The notes beneath the pieces are model-generated. The model did no database searches. It was not told where the DNA came from and worked only from the letters and a program-made list of their open reading frames with translations. Both the position numbers and the translations under genes were made by a program. Positions 38,379 to 43,453 of a stretch of DNA of 43,453 nucleotides are shown one piece after another. Numbering within the stretch: position 1 is the stretch's first letter; each line of letters begins with the position of its first letter. Source of the stretch: Guillardia theta CCMP2712 (taxonomy: Eukaryota; Protista; Cryptophyta); contig NW_005434627.1 in NCBI RefSeq assembly GCF_000315625.1, positions 185,915-229,367 of the forward strand. Reading direction: 5' to 3'.

Positions 38379-40532
38379 ATGGATCAAGACGCCAAGTCAG
38401 CAGTCTCGGGCTCGCAGCACACGTCGCCCTCCTCGATGCAAGCCCCTCATAGCAACGTGTATGTGAAGAATCTCCCGGACGACATGGACGACAACTCGTA
38501 CGTCTCGTTTGATCCTCCCCTCCCGATCTCTCTGACGGATTCTCGATGCTTCATCATGCAGGTTGAGGGAGCTCTTCGAAGACCATGGTTTGATCAAGTC
38601 AGCTTGCGTCATGCTGGATCAGGTAGCGACTCAAGCTCAAGCTTTTCTTTCTACAGTCTATGTGATCATGTCTCTCGCAGGCAACAAAGAAGAGCAGAAA
38701 CTTTGGGTTTGTCAAGGTCCCGGCGTGCTCTCAAGTAGTTGTGCATGCTCACTAGCGTACCTGCAGTTCGTCGAGATCGAATCCGCACAAGCCGCCATAC
38801 AGGTCAGATACTGCAATGCAGGATATGGTGTCGTTGACATGCCCATCTGGAAGGCTTTGAACAACACAGAGTTACAAGGGAAGAAGCTCATGGTGAAATT
38901 TGCAGATGCAGATGCAGAGGTTTGGCAACTGTCCTATACTCGAGAGTGTTAGTAATCTTTGCCCGTTCTTGCACAGGACAAGCCTCCTGGTGATCAATGT
39001 CCTTCTGACAATCTCTATATCAAGGTATTCTGACATGCGGACGAGCCGTGTTCGACATTCTTAATGACTCTTGGCTGAAGGGGCTCCCGCCTTCCTTCAC
39101 ACATGATGAAATCTATCCAATTTTTAGGCAAGCTGCCTCCAGGCTAGAATGCTGCATGTCCTGACTGACTTCTCGTCTTGTGACAGTCGCTTGGGCAATG
39201 TGATGGACATCAAGATTCTTTCGAGACCAGGAGTTGGGTCAACGGGGAAGGCCCTGGGTAAGATTTTTAACTCCAATTTCATATTTCCGTGGTAAACCTT
39301 GCTCCCACAGTCCGTATGGAGAATTCAGGACAGGCTTCATGGGCAATATCGGAATTGAATGGGAAGATCCTTGAGGTTGTCACAAATGTTAAATCTTATC
39401 GTGTATTGAAATGCTCACAAAAGGGGTGCTCCGGGCCAGTGGTAGTCCGATATGCCGACAGCCCGGACGAGAAGCAGGTAGTGCCTAGTTTTGATCATCT
39501 TCCCATAGATTCCTTTGACCGTTGTCGATGTTTGCTCAGAACAAGAGAAAAAACAATTTGAAACGGAATGAAAGGTTTGCCGCTTCTCCACATATGGGCG
39601 ATGGTAAGGGCACAGAATTATCCGTACGTTTGGATTTGACAGAAGTTTCTCTGTGGGTATTGAAGGCTATCCTATGCCTATTATGGCAATGCAAGATCCG
39701 TTCAGAGCTCCGCCCTTTTTGCATGGCCCCCCAATGGCCAGGTGGGCCTAATACTCCAATGATTCGTTTTGACACTCACATTCTACCCAGAGCGCCAGAG
39801 ATCTGCAATCTCTATGTAAATGGTAGAGCATGGCTGCTGGCTCCAAGGCCTCCGAGACATCTGATGTGAGTGAAACAGAGCTGCCTTCGGACGCGGATGA
39901 TCTCTTCTTGTATCGGAACTTCGCACCTTTTGGTACTTCAATCCGATTCAATTATCGTGCCCTCAATTCTGATTCTTGAATTTCAGGTGCTATAACTAGC
40001 GTACGTGTTATGCGAGATGAGAATGGAAATAGCCGTGGTTTTGGATTTGTAAAGTTTGTACATGCGCATGTAAGTACTATAACACATTTGCTGAAAGCAC
40101 TTGACCTGCTCTACACAGGATGCTGTATTAGCGATGTCATCTTTGAACGGAAAACAAGTAAATCAAGCTCGAATGATTTGGAGTGGCTGAGAGCTTGGCG
40201 TAGGTGAACGGCAAATACCTCCATGTCTCTCCGAAGACCACGAGCAAGGGACAGGCCAATCAATTTCCTCCAGAGTTCCCTCTCTCCCCGTCAGGTAAAC
40301 GCCGAGGATCTTGGTTTCTCCGATGCTCAAAGAGTAGTTTCAGTTCCTCCTCATCCCATGCTCGGGCATTGTGTCCCTCTGCCACAGCCTCCACAGCCGA
40401 TGATGGGGCACATGCCGGTAAGACATAAGGATCGAGAGTCTGGGTAGACTGAGCTGATGTCATGGTGTTCAGCCATTCGCCATCCCTGGAATGCAGCCTG
40501 CCCGGCATATCATGCCAACAACGAGCCTATGA
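38379..40532 (+). CDS. Three-RRM RNA-binding protein of ELAV/Hu/Sex-lethal-like architecture; ~16 exons
   Basis: RRM1: NVYVKNLP...SRNFGFVK|FVEIESAQAAIQ|ALNNTELQGKKLMVKFAD. RRM2: DNLYIK|GLPPSFT...VVVRYAD. Pro/Met-rich hinge. RRM3: NLYVN|ELPSDADDLFLYRNFAPF|GAITSVRVMRDENGNSRGFGFVKF...SLNGKQ|VNGKYLHVSPKT. Confidence 0.9.
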
Positions 40533-40923
40533 GTCTCTCAGTCTCTTAGCCACTCAGTGCCAGGATCCCCCTTATCCTTTTGCGATCGGGTATTGCTCGT
40601 GAATAGATGCCAAAGGGTTCCAACTTCAATGCTTCCCTCTGTACTACTTGAGTTGTTCACGGTTGCCAAGTTGGCCACTCGGACCTCGAGTCCCACCCCG
40701 AAACTTGTCATTCAAGTACAGCCGCAGTGCCCTGGCACGGTGCCAGGACCGCGGGGGCCGCCGTACTCGGGCCCCGGATCTGGACTGAGCTGCCGCACTG
40801 CGCCACGGCACCCGACCCCCGGTGGCAGGCCGCAACTTGGCAAACGCCGCCGCGGTCTGGCCGGGCAGCTGAGTCGGAGTCACTCTGCCGGAGCCTCACC
40901 GGGCGCCGCCGAGTCGGAAGTTG

Positions 40924-40972
40924 AACACCCAACCAACCAGCTAGTACGTCACTAGCTGGTTGGTTGGGTGTT
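40924..40972. repeat. Perfect 22-bp inverted repeat with 5-nt loop
   Basis: AACACCCAACCAACCAGCTAGT-acgtc-ACTAGCTGGTTGGTTGGGTGTT. Confidence 0.95.
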
Positions 40973-41215
40973 GGTTGGGTTTTTGGAGGGAAACATTTTT
41001 CAACGGACCAGAAATGACGAAGACGGCGGGAGGGGACGGGAGGGGACGGGAGGGGACGGGAGGGGACGGGAGGGGAGATGGTGGAGAAGCTGAGTTGAAG
41101 GGAAGAGAAACGTGTAGTTCGACCTTGGTTGGTAGTCAGGGAGAGAAGACCTATCGTACATGCATGAAGATCAAGTTGATTACGATGGTTTCTCAAAAAG
41201 ATAAATTTGACATTC

Positions 41216-43160
41216 ATGGATGACAACGATGATGAAGACTTTCTGGCAGACATGTCTAATTGGATTCGAGCCGGCCACATGGGAAGAAGACGAGACGACT
41301 ATGATTCGAGCAGCTCAGACTCTGTGAGATTCTCGACTTCTCCTTATATATGTCTCTCATCCATCGCTTGTAAAGGATCTCAGTTTCAAGATATCTCACC
41401 TTGAAAGAAACCTCTTCACACACGATCAGCACAAGGCCAAGGCTAGAAGTGAGTTGCTTGCGATGTGAATGTCCTCAGCTGCAACCTCCTCTCTCCTCTC
41501 CTCCTCTCCTCTCCCCTCCTCTCCCCTCCTCTCCTCTCCCCTCCCCTCCTCTCCTCTCCTCGCTGCCTCATAACGTCACACCAGATGCAACTCGACCTGC
41601 AGTCAGCGGACGATCCAAGCTGGAAGATGGTTCCTCGAGGGTTGCTGGAGGCGTCTTGGACTGATGGTTGTCTAGCAAACAATCAACATGCAAGGTCAAA
41701 CTTCATAGGTGCAAGTCAGGTCAGTGAAACATCATCATCATTACCACTACCATCACCACCACGATCACAGCACCATCAATATCGTCGTTCCCTTCCCCTT
41801 CGTCCTTCTTCCCGTCTCTGACGCGCATGCAGAAACAGTTCAAGGAGGACATTCACTTGATGATGATGGAGAGGAGACGACCTGCCTCTTCCTCCTCCTC
41901 CTTCTCTTCAATCACTGTAAAACCCCTCCCTCCCTCCTCCTGGTTCTCCTCCTCCTGGTTCTCCTCCTCCTGGTTCTCCTCCTCCTGGTTCTCCTCCTCC
42001 TGGTTCTCCTCCTCCTGGTTCTCCTCCTCCTGGTTCTCCTCCTCCTGGTTCTCCTCCTCCTCGTTCTCCTCCTCCTCGTTCTCCTCCTCCTCGTTCTCCT
42101 CCTATCTTCTCATAGTTCTCACGCACACAAGTCTATTAGGTCTGTCGGCAACGAGGAGCTGAGCAAGAGAAGCGAGAGAGGAGGAGACGCAAAGACGTCG
42201 CACCTGCCAGTGAGCAGCAGAGGAGAAGCGTTCAACCTCGCGGTCTGGAAAGACGGGAGGAGGGAGGGAGGGAGNNNNNNNNNNNNNNNNNNNNNNNNNN
42301 NNNNNNNNNNNNNNNNNNNNNNNNNNNNNNNNNNNNNNNNNNNNNNNNNNNNNNNNNNNNNNNNNNNNNNNNNNAAGGAGGGAGGGAGGGAGGGAAGGAG
42401 GGAGGGAGGCAGGGAGGGAGGAGGGTTGCAGTGGGGATGTACAAGAGGATTGAGGACAAGAGTAGGTGATTGCAGGAGCAGAGGGAATAACATGAGGACA
42501 AGGAGGAAGAGAGGAGGAGGAGGAGGAGGAGGAGGAGGGGAATCGGGTGGTATGGGTTGAAGGGATGACGAGGTCTAGCAGGAAGGCAGGAGCAGGAGCG
42601 ATTTGTCCTGGCGCATGGACGTCATAGAGCAGAAGCTCGACACGATCCTCTGTCTCCTCCAGCCTCCTCGTCCCCTCCCCTCCTGTGAGCCCTCGAGCCC
42701 CCTCTCTCCTGTCCGCTCCCTCACACTCTCGCAGCAAAGAAGTCTCGCCGACCCTATGAGAGGTCCAACATCAGCTCCTCCTGCTCCTCCTCGCCCTCCC
42801 TTCCCCCCTCTCGCTCCCCTTTCCTCTCCCCTCTCTCTCCTCTCTCCCTCTCATGCATTTTCTCATCATAGCAGGACAACCAGGAGAGCCGCAGAGGTCT
42901 CCCTCCTCTTCTTCTTCCTCCTCCTCCTTCTCGTTTCCTTCCTCCTGTCATCCTCGTCCTCGTTCCCCTTTTCCTCTTCCTGTCCTCCTCCTTCCCGCTA
43001 CTTCTCCTATACCTTGTCTTCGTCCTCCTCAACCTGCTTCTTGGTTCCTCTCCCCTCACATTAGCTGCAGGCCAGCGACAAGATCAGCAGAAGCATCACG
43101 GAAGATGGTGAGGAGATGGGGGAAGGGAGGAGGGGGAGGAGGAGCAGGAGGAGCAGGAGG

Positions 43161-43238
<78 letters not shown>

Positions 43239-43408
43239 AGAAGGCCCGGAAGAGGAGGAGGCGGCGGGGGGGGAGTGGGAGGGAGAATTTGCTGCTAACT
43301 TTCCAACAGATGATCGAAGCCTAGAGCCACTGATGCGGGTGAGGAGGAGGGAGGGGCGAGAGAGGAAGTGAGAGGCAGGAGAAGGGTCATGGGAAAAGAG
43401 GAGGACAG

Positions 43409-43453
<45 letters not shown>
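41216..43453 (+). CDS. Hypothetical multi-exon protein, probably 3'-partial
   Basis: In-frame exon chain MDDNDDEDFLADMSNWIRAGHMGRRRDDYDSSSSDS|DLSFKISHLERNLF...|KQFKEDIHLMMMERRRP...WRMDVIEQKLDTILCLLQ. No known domain. Confidence 0.55.
41930..42102. repeat. 15-bp tandem repeat (TGGTTCTCCTCCTCC) x~11
   Basis: Directly visible; the last three units read TCGTTC. Confidence 0.92.
43140..43235. repeat. (GGAGCA)n hexamer; complementary (CTCCTG)n tracts at ~3920-3950, ~22996-23052 and ~31151-31178
   Basis: Directly visible. Confidence 0.9.

Noticed and set aside
43413-43453. (GA)n as a possible telomere
   Set aside because: Short, follows a likely splice donor, and resembles other intronic simple repeats.

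Overview
Intron-rich eukaryotic nuclear DNA with short introns (about 40-100 nt), intronic microsatellites and five N-gaps. The style is most consistent with a cryptophyte alga such as Guillardia theta (inference only). Left to right: (1) a minus-strand frame open from 1804 to the window edge, missed by the ORF track, encoding the CCHC zinc knuckle and restriction-like endonuclease (RLE) of a CRE/R2-type non-LTR retroelement but no reverse transcriptase; its 5' part sits in a ~1.1-kb fold-back structure. (2) An LSD1/KDM1-type histone demethylase gene with an MBD-like domain and three Tudor domains inserted inside the amine-oxidase domain. (3) An RNI-like LRR gene with a C-terminal F-box-like motif. 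(4) A very large OPR/HPR-like helical-repeat protein with a bipartite plastid-targeting leader. (5) A small Tim17/Romo1-Mgr2-like gene. (6) A coiled-coil hypothetical gene. (7) MRNIP. (8) A 3-RRM ELAV/Hu-like gene. (9) A partial hypothetical gene. Most intergenic regions contain a GC-rich island and/or a GGGGT(A/G)-rich block, often side by side. Exon boundaries were assigned by eye and are approximate.
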